DNA of 64,000 nucleotides, taken from positions 1 through 64,000 of IMG/VR virus record IMGVR_UViG_3300020410_000948; one strand, given 5' to 3'. The translations under genes were made by a program, and so were the position numbers. This document shows positions 8,703-18,194 of this stretch, one piece after another; the stretch's first letter is position 1, and each line of letters starts with the position of its first letter. The notes beneath the pieces were generated by a model that saw nothing but the letters and a program-made list of their open reading frames with translations, was not told where the DNA came from and ran no database searches. This DNA comes from a virus.

Positions 8703-10144
8703 AAGATTTGGCCGCTGAAAGAGCTGTGCTTGCAGGGCTTTGCCAGTATGGAATAGATGTTCTCCTTGACATTGATTACATTGACACAGATTATTTTGTC
8801 GATGAGAAAAATCAAGTTATATTTAATTGTGTCAAGAAGGCCCTAAAGGAAACCCAAAGGGCTGAGCTAGCATCAATTCTGTCGGCAGCAAACCAGCTTG
8901 ATCTGTACGCTAATATTAGTAATCAAGAAGAGATAGGATTTCTGCGATCTCTGTTTAATTTTCCGATACATCAAGAGAATGTTCGGGTTCATGCTGAAAA
9001 ATTAGCAAAGCTCAAAGTGGCGAGAGATGTAAAGCAGACACTTAATATCTGCTCCTCTAGGATTGACAAGATAACGGGAGATGAGGATATAAATGATATT
9101 ATATCTATCGTAGAAACGCCAGTTCTTGATGCCACCGCCAAGATATATCAAACATCTGACAATAAGCCGGAAATTATTGGTGGTGAGCTAGAAGAGTATA
9201 TTGAATTCCTGAAAGACAACCAGAGCGAGATGATGGGGATTAGCACTGGCTTTCCTACTTATGATGAGGCAATCGGAGGCGGGTTGAGAAGGAAGTGTGT
9301 TGATCTTGTGGCAGCGCGTCCCAAAGTGGGTAAGTCTATGTTTGGAGATGCTGTAGCTATGCACGTATCAAAAAACTTGGATATTCCCGTATTGATGCTG
9401 GATACTGAAATGTCTAAAGAAGACCACCTCAATCGGATGCTTGCCAACATCAGTGGGGTTGAAATAAACAATATTGCTAGCGGAAATTTTGCAAGCAACA
9501 ACCTAAATAGCGAGAAAATTGAGTGTGCAGCAGAAGAACTTTCCGAGATACCATACCACTACGTAAGTATCGCTGGACAGCCCTTTGAGAATATACTTAG
9601 TATTATGAGAAAGTGGATTTATCAAGAGGTGGGCTTTGATGAAAACGGCAGAACAAAAGACTGTTTGATTATTTATGACTACTTAAAACTAATGAGTTCG
9701 GACAGTATATCAAACTCCATGCAGGAGTTTCAAGTTCTTGGTTTTCAAATCACGCAGCTCCATAACTTCTGCGTTAAGTATGATGTTCCATGCCTAAGTT
9801 TTGTACAGCTAAACAGAGACGGCATAACAAAGGAATCGACTGATGTTGTATCAGGATCTGACAGGCTTATATGGTTATGTACTAGCTTTACTATTTTCAA
9901 AATGAAGTCTGACGAAGAGATGGCTGATGATGATGAAGATAATGGCAATAGGAAACTTGTCCCTATTGTTGCTAGACATGGCGCGGGACTCGATGACGGC
10001 GATTACATAAATATGAATATGTTCGGAAAGTTTGGCAAGCTTGTAGAGGGTCAAACAAGAAATCAACTAAAAACTAAATCTAGGATAAGAGACAATGGAT
10101 TCGACTCAACAGGTGAACAACCAGCAGATATTGAAGCTCTCTAA
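8669..10144 (+). CDS. dnaB: replicative DNA helicase DnaB
   Basis: AERAVLAG N-domain, GISTGF, AARPKVGKS Walker A, DTEM, IYDYLKL, VQLNR. Confidence 0.93.
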   Translation: MVRNKENKRKLEDLAAERAVLAGLCQYGIDVLLDIDYIDTDYFVDEKNQVIFNCVKKALKETQRAELASILSAANQLDLYANISNQEEIGFLRSLFNFPIHQENVRVHAEKLAKLKVARDVKQTLNICSSRIDKITGDEDINDIISIVETPVLDATAKIYQTSDNKPEIIGGELEEYIEFLKDNQSEMMGISTGFPTYDEAIGGGLRRKCVDLVAARPKVGKSMFGDAVAMHVSKNLDIPVLMLDTEMSKEDHLNRMLANISGVEINNIASGNFASNNLNSEKIECAAEELSEIPYHYVSIAGQPFENILSIMRKWIYQEVGFDENGRTKDCLIIYDYLKLMSSDSISNSMQEFQVLGFQITQLHNFCVKYDVPCLSFVQLNRDGITKESTDVVSGSDRLIWLCTSFTIFKMKSDEEMADDDEDNGNRKLVPIVARHGAGLDDGDYINMNMFGKFGKLVEGQTRNQLKTKSRIRDNGFDSTGEQPADIEAL

Positions 10145-11147
10145 CCAGTTATTTGGCAAGCTAGAATCTTTGCTAAAATACTTTGAGATAGAATATATCG
10201 AATACCCAAACAGATACGCTTTTGCTTGTCCTGTGCATGGTGGAGACAACCCAGAAGGATGTAGTATCTTCACCGATGGCAATACTGCTAAAGGCAACTG
10301 GAATTGTTGGACTAATAACTGTCAAGAAGATTTTGGTAGGAACCTATTTGGTTTTGTTAGAGGTGTTCTTTCTAATGACAGGGCTAAGACTGTCAGTATC
10401 GCAGAGACTGTTAAGTTTTGTTTAGAGTTTCTTGGTCTTAGTAGTGACGACTTGCAGTTTATTAAAGATGTCGAGACTAACAATGATATTAAGCTACTAG
10501 ATATTTTCGACAGAACCCCACAAAGAGTAGAATCTTCTATAGATAGAAATACGGTGACCGAAAGTATTGACATTCCAGCTAAATATTATATTAATCGAGG
10601 ATATACAGAAGAGACACTTAAAAAGTTTGATATAGGAACTTGTAATAAAAAAAGCCGACCAATGTCGGGAAGAGTTGTTGTCCCAATTTATGATGAGGGA
10701 TATAATTACATTGGCTGTATAGGAAGAGCACAATACGAAAACATGAAACCTAAATGGCTTCACAGTAAGGGGTTTAGGAAAAGCTCATACCTTTATGGTC
10801 TAAACTTAGCGAAGGATGAGATACTTTCTACATCAACCGCTGTTTTGGTCGAAGGCCAAGGTGACGTGTGGCGAATGCATGAAGCTGGAGTTACAAATAC
10901 TGTAGGTATCTTTGGGGCCAATCTTAGTGATGACCAATTAGTACTATTAGAAAAAAGCGGAGCGCTCAACTTGGTTATACTTACCGACTATGATGATGCT
11001 GGCTGTCGAGCAGCAGAACAAATAATTGCCAAATGTGGAAGAAGATTCAATTACTACCGGCCTGAAATCACAGAAAAAGATGTTGGAGATATGACGGTAG
11101 ATCAGATACAAACACAAATTATAGACCAATTACATGGAGTAATATAA
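10095..11147 (+). CDS. dnaG: DNA primase (CHC2 zinc finger + TOPRIM)
   Basis: CPVH...WNCWTNNC; GRVVVPI; LYGL; VEGQGDV; DYDDAG. Confidence 0.9.
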   Translation: MDSTQQVNNQQILKLSNQLFGKLESLLKYFEIEYIEYPNRYAFACPVHGGDNPEGCSIFTDGNTAKGNWNCWTNNCQEDFGRNLFGFVRGVLSNDRAKTVSIAETVKFCLEFLGLSSDDLQFIKDVETNNDIKLLDIFDRTPQRVESSIDRNTVTESIDIPAKYYINRGYTEETLKKFDIGTCNKKSRPMSGRVVVPIYDEGYNYIGCIGRAQYENMKPKWLHSKGFRKSSYLYGLNLAKDEILSTSTAVLVEGQGDVWRMHEAGVTNTVGIFGANLSDDQLVLLEKSGALNLVILTDYDDAGCRAAEQIIAKCGRRFNYYRPEITEKDVGDMTVDQIQTQIIDQLHGVI

Positions 11148-11968
11148 TGACAAAGATTATTGCATTTGCCGGCAAGAAACAATCCGGCAAAAACACCTGT
11201 TGTTCCTTTTTGCATGGGTATCAGTTGAGGTCATTTCATTTAGTCGATGAATTCGGTCTTGATGAAGAAGGCTCTCTGGTCGTTAATACTATGATGCTTG
11301 GCGCATCTGGAGAAGCCCAAAAGACAATGGGAGCACTAGATATAACCAGAACAGATAACGACTTTAGTATGTGGGCTGCGTCAAACATGTGGCCTTTTGT
11401 TAAGCATTATTCTTTTGCTTCGGCACTTAAAGAAATATGTGTTGGGTTATTTGGGCTCAGTCAAGAACAGTGTTATGGCTCTGACATAGACAAAAATAAG
11501 CTCACTTGGTTTAGATGGTCAGATATGCCCGGATATAAAGGAAAGAAAAAAGATAAGATGACAGCAAGAGAGTTTATGCAATATGTTGGCACAGACATCT
11601 TTAGGAGTATACATCCAAGCATATGGACAGATAGGACACTTTCTAGTATTGGCAGCGAATCTCCTGCCTTGGCGGTCATCTCGGATTGTCGCTTTCAAAA
11701 CGAAGTGGAGGCTGTACAGAGAGCTGGCGGAAAAGTAATTAAGCTTACTAGAGGTATAGATTCGGATGGTCATTCTAGCGAAACCTCTGTAGATAAACTC
11801 AAGGGGTGTGATGCAACCATTGACAATTCTAAATTAACTGTCGAAGAGACCAATGGAGAGATTGTAGAACTCATGCATTCTTGGGGTTGGTTAGGTAGCG
11901 TGATTGAAAAACCTAAAGAAAAAGATCCAGACAATTTAGTCGGCGGAATCCAGAAAATTAAGGAATAA
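11147..11968 (+). CDS. deoxynucleoside monophosphate kinase
   Basis: FAGKKQSGKNT, SFASALKE, AREFMQYVGTDIFR, ISDCRFQNE, HSSE. Confidence 0.85.
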   Translation: MTKIIAFAGKKQSGKNTCCSFLHGYQLRSFHLVDEFGLDEEGSLVVNTMMLGASGEAQKTMGALDITRTDNDFSMWAASNMWPFVKHYSFASALKEICVGLFGLSQEQCYGSDIDKNKLTWFRWSDMPGYKGKKKDKMTAREFMQYVGTDIFRSIHPSIWTDRTLSSIGSESPALAVISDCRFQNEVEAVQRAGGKVIKLTRGIDSDGHSSETSVDKLKGCDATIDNSKLTVEETNGEIVELMHSWGWLGSVIEKPKEKDPDNLVGGIQKIKE

Positions 11969-11969
11969 A

Positions 11970-12983
11970 ATGTTAGTAACATACATACGTAGCTCTAGCT
12001 ACAATAATTTTGATTATTGTCAAATGCAATACTTCATGACTTATGTTTTGGGTCATCAAACAGTATCTGGCAAGAAAGCTCAGCTTGGGACTGTTGTTCA
12101 TAAGGTAATGGAAGTCTTAGCTGGCTGCAAAAAATTACATCAAGACAAGGCCGAGCTATTGCTTGAGGATGACGCTATCGGAGAGGTCGAGTTCACTAAA
12201 CGTAAACTCGGAACAAAGAAATTTGTAAACGAAATCCTTAAGCGTAGCTACGACCATTACACATCCAACTGTACTCATCACTATACTAATGCTGATTATA
12301 AGTTTTGCGACAAAACAACTTGGGAAGCCCTTACTTATGATGATGGGAACTTTGATCCTCGCAATAGGAATATTGTAGCAGCTGAACCGCAGTTTGACAT
12401 CGCTATCGAGGAGGACTGGGCTAAGTATGAATACGATCTACCGGATGGAACCAAGGTTGAAGGGAGACTTGCAATCAAAGGAACTATTGACCTAGTTACA
12501 GAAGTTGACGATGGGGTCATTGAGGTCATTGACTGGAAAACAGGACGCAGACTCAACTGGGCTACAGGGGAAGAAAAAACCTATGAAAAGCTCTGCAAAG
12601 ATCCACAATTAATGCTTTATCATTATGCTATTTCTAAGCTTTTTCCTGAATATGAAGATGCAATTATGTCGATATACTTTATTAGAGATGGCGGTCCGTT
12701 TAGTGTCTGCTTTGAGGAAGGTGATAGACAAACATTTTTGGGCATGCTCAAAGATAGATTTGAGGAAATAAAGAAAACAACCAAACCTAGACTGCTATCT
12801 AGGAATCAATCTCACTGGAAGTGTCAGAAGCTTTGCGACTTTTGCAAGAAAGATTGGCCCGGAACTAATGATAGTATGTGCAGACATGTCAGCAATCATC
12901 TTGAACAGTTTGGGATGCTTGACACTATACAAGAGTGTACTAGGGAAGGATTTGATATTGGATATTATGAGGCTCCGGGATGA
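11970..12983 (+). CDS. PD-(D/E)XK exonuclease, AddB/Cas4-like with likely Fe-S cysteines
   Basis: GTVVHKVME, GTIDLV, VIDWKTG, QLMLY; one N-terminal Cys plus C-terminal CQKLCDFC...C. Confidence 0.85.
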   Translation: MLVTYIRSSSYNNFDYCQMQYFMTYVLGHQTVSGKKAQLGTVVHKVMEVLAGCKKLHQDKAELLLEDDAIGEVEFTKRKLGTKKFVNEILKRSYDHYTSNCTHHYTNADYKFCDKTTWEALTYDDGNFDPRNRNIVAAEPQFDIAIEEDWAKYEYDLPDGTKVEGRLAIKGTIDLVTEVDDGVIEVIDWKTGRRLNWATGEEKTYEKLCKDPQLMLYHYAISKLFPEYEDAIMSIYFIRDGGPFSVCFEEGDRQTFLGMLKDRFEEIKKTTKPRLLSRNQSHWKCQKLCDFCKKDWPGTNDSMCRHVSNHLEQFGMLDTIQECTREGFDIGYYEAPG

Positions 12984-13636
12984 TAAAAAGAACTTCAAAA
13001 CAAAACGTAAAAAATTTACTAGCTGACAATACCCATTGGAATATTGTGGACATTGGTGGAGGCTCAAGAGCTTGGCCTGAAGCTAATACAATACTAGACA
13101 TAAAAGACCATAGTGGTCTCTATGAAGGCAAAAGATTTGTACAATCGGATGCATGCAAGACTCCGTTCAACGATAAAGAGTTTGACTTTGTTATTGCTAG
13201 CCATATAACCGAGCATATACAGGACATTGAACTGTTTATCTCTGAGCTAACAAGAATAGGCAAGCGAGGATATATTGAAGTTCCAACGCCCCTGTTTGAC
13301 AATTTAACTTTTGGCAATTTAACCGAACATAAGTGGTGGTTATATTTTGATGATGATAAAAATGAACTGCTATATACCGAGAAAAAGGTTAAAATAACGC
13401 AGGTATGGTATCCTGAACAATTAGAGAGACTTGATCCTTATTTTTTCGATATGATGCAAATGAGCTTCATTTGGGAGGATAGTATAGAATACAACAAGTT
13501 AGACCAAGAAAATAAGACAGAGCCGATCATAAAGCTTTACACCACTAAAATAGCGGCCAGAAAAGCATCGGCCAGAAATGAGAATGCCATTTTTTTTCAA
13601 AACGACGGAAGCGGGAGCTTAAGGAAATTACAGTGA
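12980..13636 (+). CDS. class I SAM-dependent methyltransferase
   Basis: VDIGGG, PFNDKEFDFVIASHITEHI, GYIEVP. Confidence 0.85.
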   Translation: MIKRTSKQNVKNLLADNTHWNIVDIGGGSRAWPEANTILDIKDHSGLYEGKRFVQSDACKTPFNDKEFDFVIASHITEHIQDIELFISELTRIGKRGYIEVPTPLFDNLTFGNLTEHKWWLYFDDDKNELLYTEKKVKITQVWYPEQLERLDPYFFDMMQMSFIWEDSIEYNKLDQENKTEPIIKLYTTKIAARKASARNENAIFFQNDGSGSLRKLQ

Positions 13637-14115
13637 TTGAAGTAAAAATTACAGAAGAGATGAAGAAGCGAGCATGGACAAAATCTAGAGAGATGGGAGT
13701 TATCAAAAACTCCATCATGAAGGGCGATGGAAATATTGCTGGATTTCTGGGAGAAGAGGTTGCAAATGTTGTTATTGATGGTACAATAAACAACACATAT
13801 GACTATGACTTAGTTTCTAAGGATGGTCTAAAATATGATGTAAAAACAAAGAGATGTACCTCAGCGCCTAAACCATTTTATGATTGCTCGGTAGCAAACT
13901 TTAATACCAAACAAAAATGTGATCGTTATGTGTTTGTTAGGATCGAGAATAAAAACAGAAGATGGGGCAGAGCTTGGGTTTTAGGCTGGATGGGCCACGA
14001 TGAGTATTTTGACAAGGCTCGAAAGTTGACTAAAGGACAGATAGACCCCTCAAATGGGTTTGTTGTTAGAGCAGATTGCCACAATGTGGCTATCTCAGAA
14101 TTGAATGAATTTTAA
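13633..14115 (+). CDS. phage protein with PD-(D/E)XK-like fold
   Basis: GFLGEEV...YDYDL...YDVKTK pattern; GTG start overlaps the upstream TGA. Confidence 0.6.
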   Translation: MIEVKITEEMKKRAWTKSREMGVIKNSIMKGDGNIAGFLGEEVANVVIDGTINNTYDYDLVSKDGLKYDVKTKRCTSAPKPFYDCSVANFNTKQKCDRYVFVRIENKNRRWGRAWVLGWMGHDEYFDKARKLTKGQIDPSNGFVVRADCHNVAISELNEF

Positions 14116-14132
14116 TATTAGGACATATTGAC

Positions 14133-15704
14133 ATGAATTGGGTTCCATTAAATGTGAAGACGCATTTTAGTCTTCAGAGAGGATTCTCTAAACCTGACAA
14201 GCTAGCTAAAAAGTGCAAAGAATTTGGGTACACGGCTTGTGCCATTACAGACATTAATACTATTTCTGGAGCTGTTACATTCTATAAAGAATGCAAAAAG
14301 AATGGCATAAAACCTATAATTGGTTGCACGCTGGAGTTCGATAACGGCAAGAAGAAAACACTTCTGGCTAAAAACAAATATGGTTGGTATGCTTTAATTG
14401 ACCTAGTATCGAAGAAGAACATGTATGAAGATGATGTTGTATATAAGCTTGTGCAGTCTTCGCTTGACAAAAATCTAATATGTATTGACGGATTGAAGCA
14501 ATACTCCACATACTATGTTGAGTCCAACGAGGCAGAGGTACATAGAATACTATTATGCTCTGGCATGAAAACCACAATGTCTAAAGCAAAATCCAAACTG
14601 GATTCGTTCAAACACTTAAAGCCGTTCTTTTCCTCAGACGGCTTTTATTTGCCAAACATGGAAGAGGCTGTAGACAAATATACAGAGGAACAGATTGCAC
14701 TTAGTGTAGAAATAGCTGAGCAATGCGAAGAATATAATATCTTAGGCGCACCAATGCTGCCTGAGTTTGACTGTCCTCAAGACCAAACTGAAGATGAATA
14801 TCTAAAACAGTTATGCAGAGATGGTTGGCGAACACTACTTGCTGATACAGGCAAGGTTAATGATGAGAGCAAAAAGCAAGAATACTTGGATAGAATTAAA
14901 AATGAGATGGATGTTATATTTGACGCTAAGCTCTCTGGGTACTTCCTGATCGTGCAAGATATTGTTAACCATGTTCGTTCTCAAGGTTGGCTTCCGGGCC
15001 CCGGAAGAGGTTCTGCCGCTGGCTGTCTAATTTCATATCTGATTGGAATCACGGAAATCGACCCAATCGAGTACGATCTTATTTTCGAGAGATTTTACAA
15101 TGCAGGGCGTAATACAGAGGATCACGTGTCACTTCCTGATATTGACTTAGATGTTCCTGCCGAAAATAGAGATGAAGTAATATCTTATATTAAGTCAAAA
15201 TATGGCGAAGATAATGTATCGCAGATGATTACATTTAATAAGCTACAAGGTAGAGCTGCACTCAAAGAAGTCATGAGAATAAATAGCACTGTATCTTTTG
15301 GGGAAATGAATGACGTAACCAAAAACATTCCTAACGAAGCAGATGTGTCTGACTTGATTGAGCAAAGCGGAGAGAAGTCCTTGATAAAGTGGACTTTAAA
15401 ATACCAGCCAGAAGTCTTAGACAGGTGGTGCAAATTGAATAGCGAGGATGATTTGGTTGGGCCGTTATCGTCAGTGTTTGAGCAGGCTATGGATATAGAG
15501 GGAACAATTAAGTCACAAGGCAAACATGCTGCTGGAGTAATAATATCGTCGAATAAACTAACGGAAGTTTGTCCGATGGTTCAAGATAAAAATAATAACC
15601 TTGTCGCTGGTTTTGAAATGGGAGACCTTGAAGAACAGGGACATGTAAAGTTTGATATATTAGGCATTGACCTACTTAGTAAAATAATGGAGATAAAAGA
15701 ATGA
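14133..15704 (+). CDS. dnaE: DNA polymerase III alpha, N-terminal part (PHP + palm/thumb)
   Basis: GPGRGSAAGCLISYLIGITEIDP, FERF, catalytic PDIDLD and KFDILG, GKHAAGV. Confidence 0.93.
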   Translation: MNWVPLNVKTHFSLQRGFSKPDKLAKKCKEFGYTACAITDINTISGAVTFYKECKKNGIKPIIGCTLEFDNGKKKTLLAKNKYGWYALIDLVSKKNMYEDDVVYKLVQSSLDKNLICIDGLKQYSTYYVESNEAEVHRILLCSGMKTTMSKAKSKLDSFKHLKPFFSSDGFYLPNMEEAVDKYTEEQIALSVEIAEQCEEYNILGAPMLPEFDCPQDQTEDEYLKQLCRDGWRTLLADTGKVNDESKKQEYLDRIKNEMDVIFDAKLSGYFLIVQDIVNHVRSQGWLPGPGRGSAAGCLISYLIGITEIDPIEYDLIFERFYNAGRNTEDHVSLPDIDLDVPAENRDEVISYIKSKYGEDNVSQMITFNKLQGRAALKEVMRINSTVSFGEMNDVTKNIPNEADVSDLIEQSGEKSLIKWTLKYQPEVLDRWCKLNSEDDLVGPLSSVFEQAMDIEGTIKSQGKHAAGVIISSNKLTEVCPMVQDKNNNLVAGFEMGDLEEQGHVKFDILGIDLLSKIMEIKE

Positions 15705-15922
15705 TGGATATTACAAGTGATTACAAGTCTGTTCTATTTGAAGGATGTGCTATTGAGTATAAGGATATTAGCCTTTGCAATCTAGGCTCTTATGTGCCTT
15801 CAAGACTCGGTATGTCTAGAACGTATCAAGTCCATTCAAAAAGACACAAGTTTAGTAAGTTGTATAAAAACATTGATGATGCTGTCGCTATGTTTTTGGA
15901 ATTGAAGAGGAGAGATAAATGA
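15701..15922 (+). CDS. hypothetical protein between the dnaE halves
   Basis: 73 aa, ATGA-coupled on both sides, GGAG RBS. Confidence 0.7.
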   Translation: MMDITSDYKSVLFEGCAIEYKDISLCNLGSYVPSRLGMSRTYQVHSKRHKFSKLYKNIDDAVAMFLELKRRDK

Positions 15923-16608
15923 ACTATAGAGATATAATTGTTTTTGACTTTGAGACTGGATCTAGAAATCCACATAAAACACAACCGACACAAATCGCGG
16001 CGATAGCACTACATGGGCGTAAACTAACATTGCAGCCCGGAGGTGTGTTTAACAGCGAAATCCGTCCTATCTTAGATGACAAAAAGGCTATCGAGGCTGG
16101 TTTTGATCCGATTGAAGATGAGGCACTTGAGATTACAGGCAAGACACGTAAAGCGCTAGCCAAGGCACCCCTACCTAAAACGGTATGGCAGAAGTTTGAA
16201 GATTTCTGCAACAAGTTCAACTTCAGAGGGACTTCTTACACTGCTCCTATTGCTGCGGGCTACAACATTATCGGCTTTGACCTGCCAATCGTTCAGCGCA
16301 TGTGCGATATGTATGGGACTACTGACTCAAGGGGTCGTCAAACGGTGTTCAATCCGATCTTTAAACTAGATCTGATGGATATGGTATTCTCTTGGACTGA
16401 GAACAACAAGGACTTCAAGAGCCTCAGTATGGACTTTCTGAGAGACTATATGGGTTTCCCTGAAGAAAGCAAGGAGAACGCTCACGACGCGCTGCAGGAC
16501 GTTAAGGACACAGCCAATATACTTATTAAGTTTCTAAAGTTTCAACGAAACATTTCGGAAAAAACCAAATTTGAGAAAGCATTTGCAAATGGCGAATTCT
16601 ACGTTTAA
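15919..16608 (+). CDS. DEDDh 3'-5' exonuclease (DnaQ/epsilon-like)
   Basis: ExoI FDFETG, ExoII GYNIIGFD, ExoIII HDALQD. Confidence 0.9.
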   Translation: MNYRDIIVFDFETGSRNPHKTQPTQIAAIALHGRKLTLQPGGVFNSEIRPILDDKKAIEAGFDPIEDEALEITGKTRKALAKAPLPKTVWQKFEDFCNKFNFRGTSYTAPIAAGYNIIGFDLPIVQRMCDMYGTTDSRGRQTVFNPIFKLDLMDMVFSWTENNKDFKSLSMDFLRDYMGFPEESKENAHDALQDVKDTANILIKFLKFQRNISEKTKFEKAFANGEFYV

Positions 16609-18151
16609 TATTGATGACTATAGTGACTCTAATGTTTGGGATTTAATCTGTGAAGGCCAGACAAAAGGTGTCTTTCAGTTAGAGTCGCAGCTTGGTAGAT
16701 CGTGGGCTAAGAGGGTGCGTCCTCGGAACATTGAAGAATTAGCGGCGTTAATATCTTTGATTAGGCCCGGATGTCTAAAAGCCTATACTGAAGGTAAGTC
16801 AATGACGCAGCATTATGTTGACCGTAAAGCTGGTATTGATGAAGTCAAGTATTTACACCCAAGCCTTGAACCAATCCTAAAGGAAACTTATGGGGTTTTG
16901 GTATATCAAGAGCAGTCTATGAAGATTGCGCAACAGCTTGCGGGATTTGACCTAAAAGAAGCGGACAACCTTCGTAAGGCTATCGGCAAGAAAAAAGCCG
17001 ACCTAATGAACCAGATCAAAGGGTCTTTTCTTGAGGGCGCCGTTTCAGTTGGAGGTCTAGAGAAAGAGACCGCTGAAGAAATATTTAGCTGGATCGAGAA
17101 GTCAAATAGATATGCGTTCAATAAATCTCATGCAGTATCATATGCGGTTAATGCTTACAGGAGCGCATATTGCAAACAGTACAAAAGGTTAAAGTTTTTT
17201 GAGGTATATCTGAATCATTCTGAAAGAAAGCCGGATAGCCAGCTAGAAATTAAAGAACTTGTCTCTGATTCAAAGATGTATGATATAGAAAATCTTCCAC
17301 CTAGATTAGGTCACTTTTACGAAGACTTCACCGCCAAAGACAATGTAATATACTTTGGAATTACCAGTGTTAAAGGTGTGGGTAGTGCAGAGGCAAGCAA
17401 GATGCTATCGCTTATACCTGAGCTTGAAGAGAGATTAGACAAATCATTTTCAGATTTTACGTGGGCTGATACATTATTTAATTTTGGACTAAAGATAAAT
17501 AAGACTTGCATGGAATCCTTGATAAATGTGGGCGCTTTCAACGGTTCTAAAAACAGAAAACATAGAAATGCAATGCTTTATGAATACAAAAGCTACAGAG
17601 ATCTTTCTTCCAGAGAAAGAGAGTGGTTATCTGAAAACTACTTGACTGAGGGTTCTTTGGTTCAGAATATTGACAATATGATAAACAACCTAAAAATAAA
17701 CTCAAACAGGCTGATAAAAGTATTTGATGTTCGCAATGTTATTGAATCACCTCCGTTTGATCTTTCTGACCATCCGGATTGGATAGCAGATACTGAGAAG
17801 AAATACATGGGAACATCCTTGACGTTTTCAAAAACTGACTCTATCCAAAGCTCGATAGTTGATTCTACATGCAAAGAAGTTCTATCTGGCAAAATAGGGA
17901 AGGTTACGCTTGCCCTGCATATAAACTCTCTCAGGGAATACACTACCAAGAATGGAAAAAATCCCGGTCAAATCATGGCTTTCTTATCTGTAGAAGACAG
18001 CACAGCTACTCTAGACTCTGCTATAGTATTCCCAGACGCATACGAAGAGTTCAAGACTATACTATATGAAGGCAATACTGTAATAGCGTTTGGACAAGTT
18101 TCTAAGAAAAAAGATACCAGTTTAATCATTAACAAAGTGTCTCAAGCATAA
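16589..18151 (+). CDS. dnaE: DNA polymerase III alpha, C-terminal part (fingers, HhH, OB)
   Basis: TKGVFQLES, LIRPG, ETYGVLVYQEQ, ADNLRKAIGKKK, YAFNKSHAVSYA, VKGVG, MAFLSVED. ATG at 16589 is preferred over TTG at 16571. Confidence 0.92.
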   Translation: MANSTFNIDDYSDSNVWDLICEGQTKGVFQLESQLGRSWAKRVRPRNIEELAALISLIRPGCLKAYTEGKSMTQHYVDRKAGIDEVKYLHPSLEPILKETYGVLVYQEQSMKIAQQLAGFDLKEADNLRKAIGKKKADLMNQIKGSFLEGAVSVGGLEKETAEEIFSWIEKSNRYAFNKSHAVSYAVNAYRSAYCKQYKRLKFFEVYLNHSERKPDSQLEIKELVSDSKMYDIENLPPRLGHFYEDFTAKDNVIYFGITSVKGVGSAEASKMLSLIPELEERLDKSFSDFTWADTLFNFGLKINKTCMESLINVGAFNGSKNRKHRNAMLYEYKSYRDLSSREREWLSENYLTEGSLVQNIDNMINNLKINSNRLIKVFDVRNVIESPPFDLSDHPDWIADTEKKYMGTSLTFSKTDSIQSSIVDSTCKEVLSGKIGKVTLALHINSLREYTTKNGKNPGQIMAFLSVEDSTATLDSAIVFPDAYEEFKTILYEGNTVIAFGQVSKKKDTSLIINKVSQA

Positions 18152-18165
18152 AACTTTGCTATAAT
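18137..18165 (+). promoter_or_regulatory. putative promoter with extended -10
   Basis: TGCTATAAT (18157-18165) in the gap before ssb, with an ATAGGAG RBS downstream. Confidence 0.55.
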
Positions 18166-18194
18166 CTTTTATACATATTTGAATAGGAGACACA

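Noticed and set aside
11970-12983. CRISPR-Cas locus
   Set aside because: No repeat-spacer array and no cas1/cas2 or effector genes in the window.
15705-16588. Intron, intein or ribosomal bypass joining the dnaE halves
   Set aside because: The interval is fully occupied by two coupled ORFs with their own RBSs. There are no intein terminal residues and no room for a structured intron core.
16538-16608. Programmed +1 frameshift fusing the exonuclease to the DnaE C-part
   Set aside because: The frames overlap and there is an A6 run, but there is no convincing slippery site or stimulator, and an in-frame ATG at 16589 explains expression.
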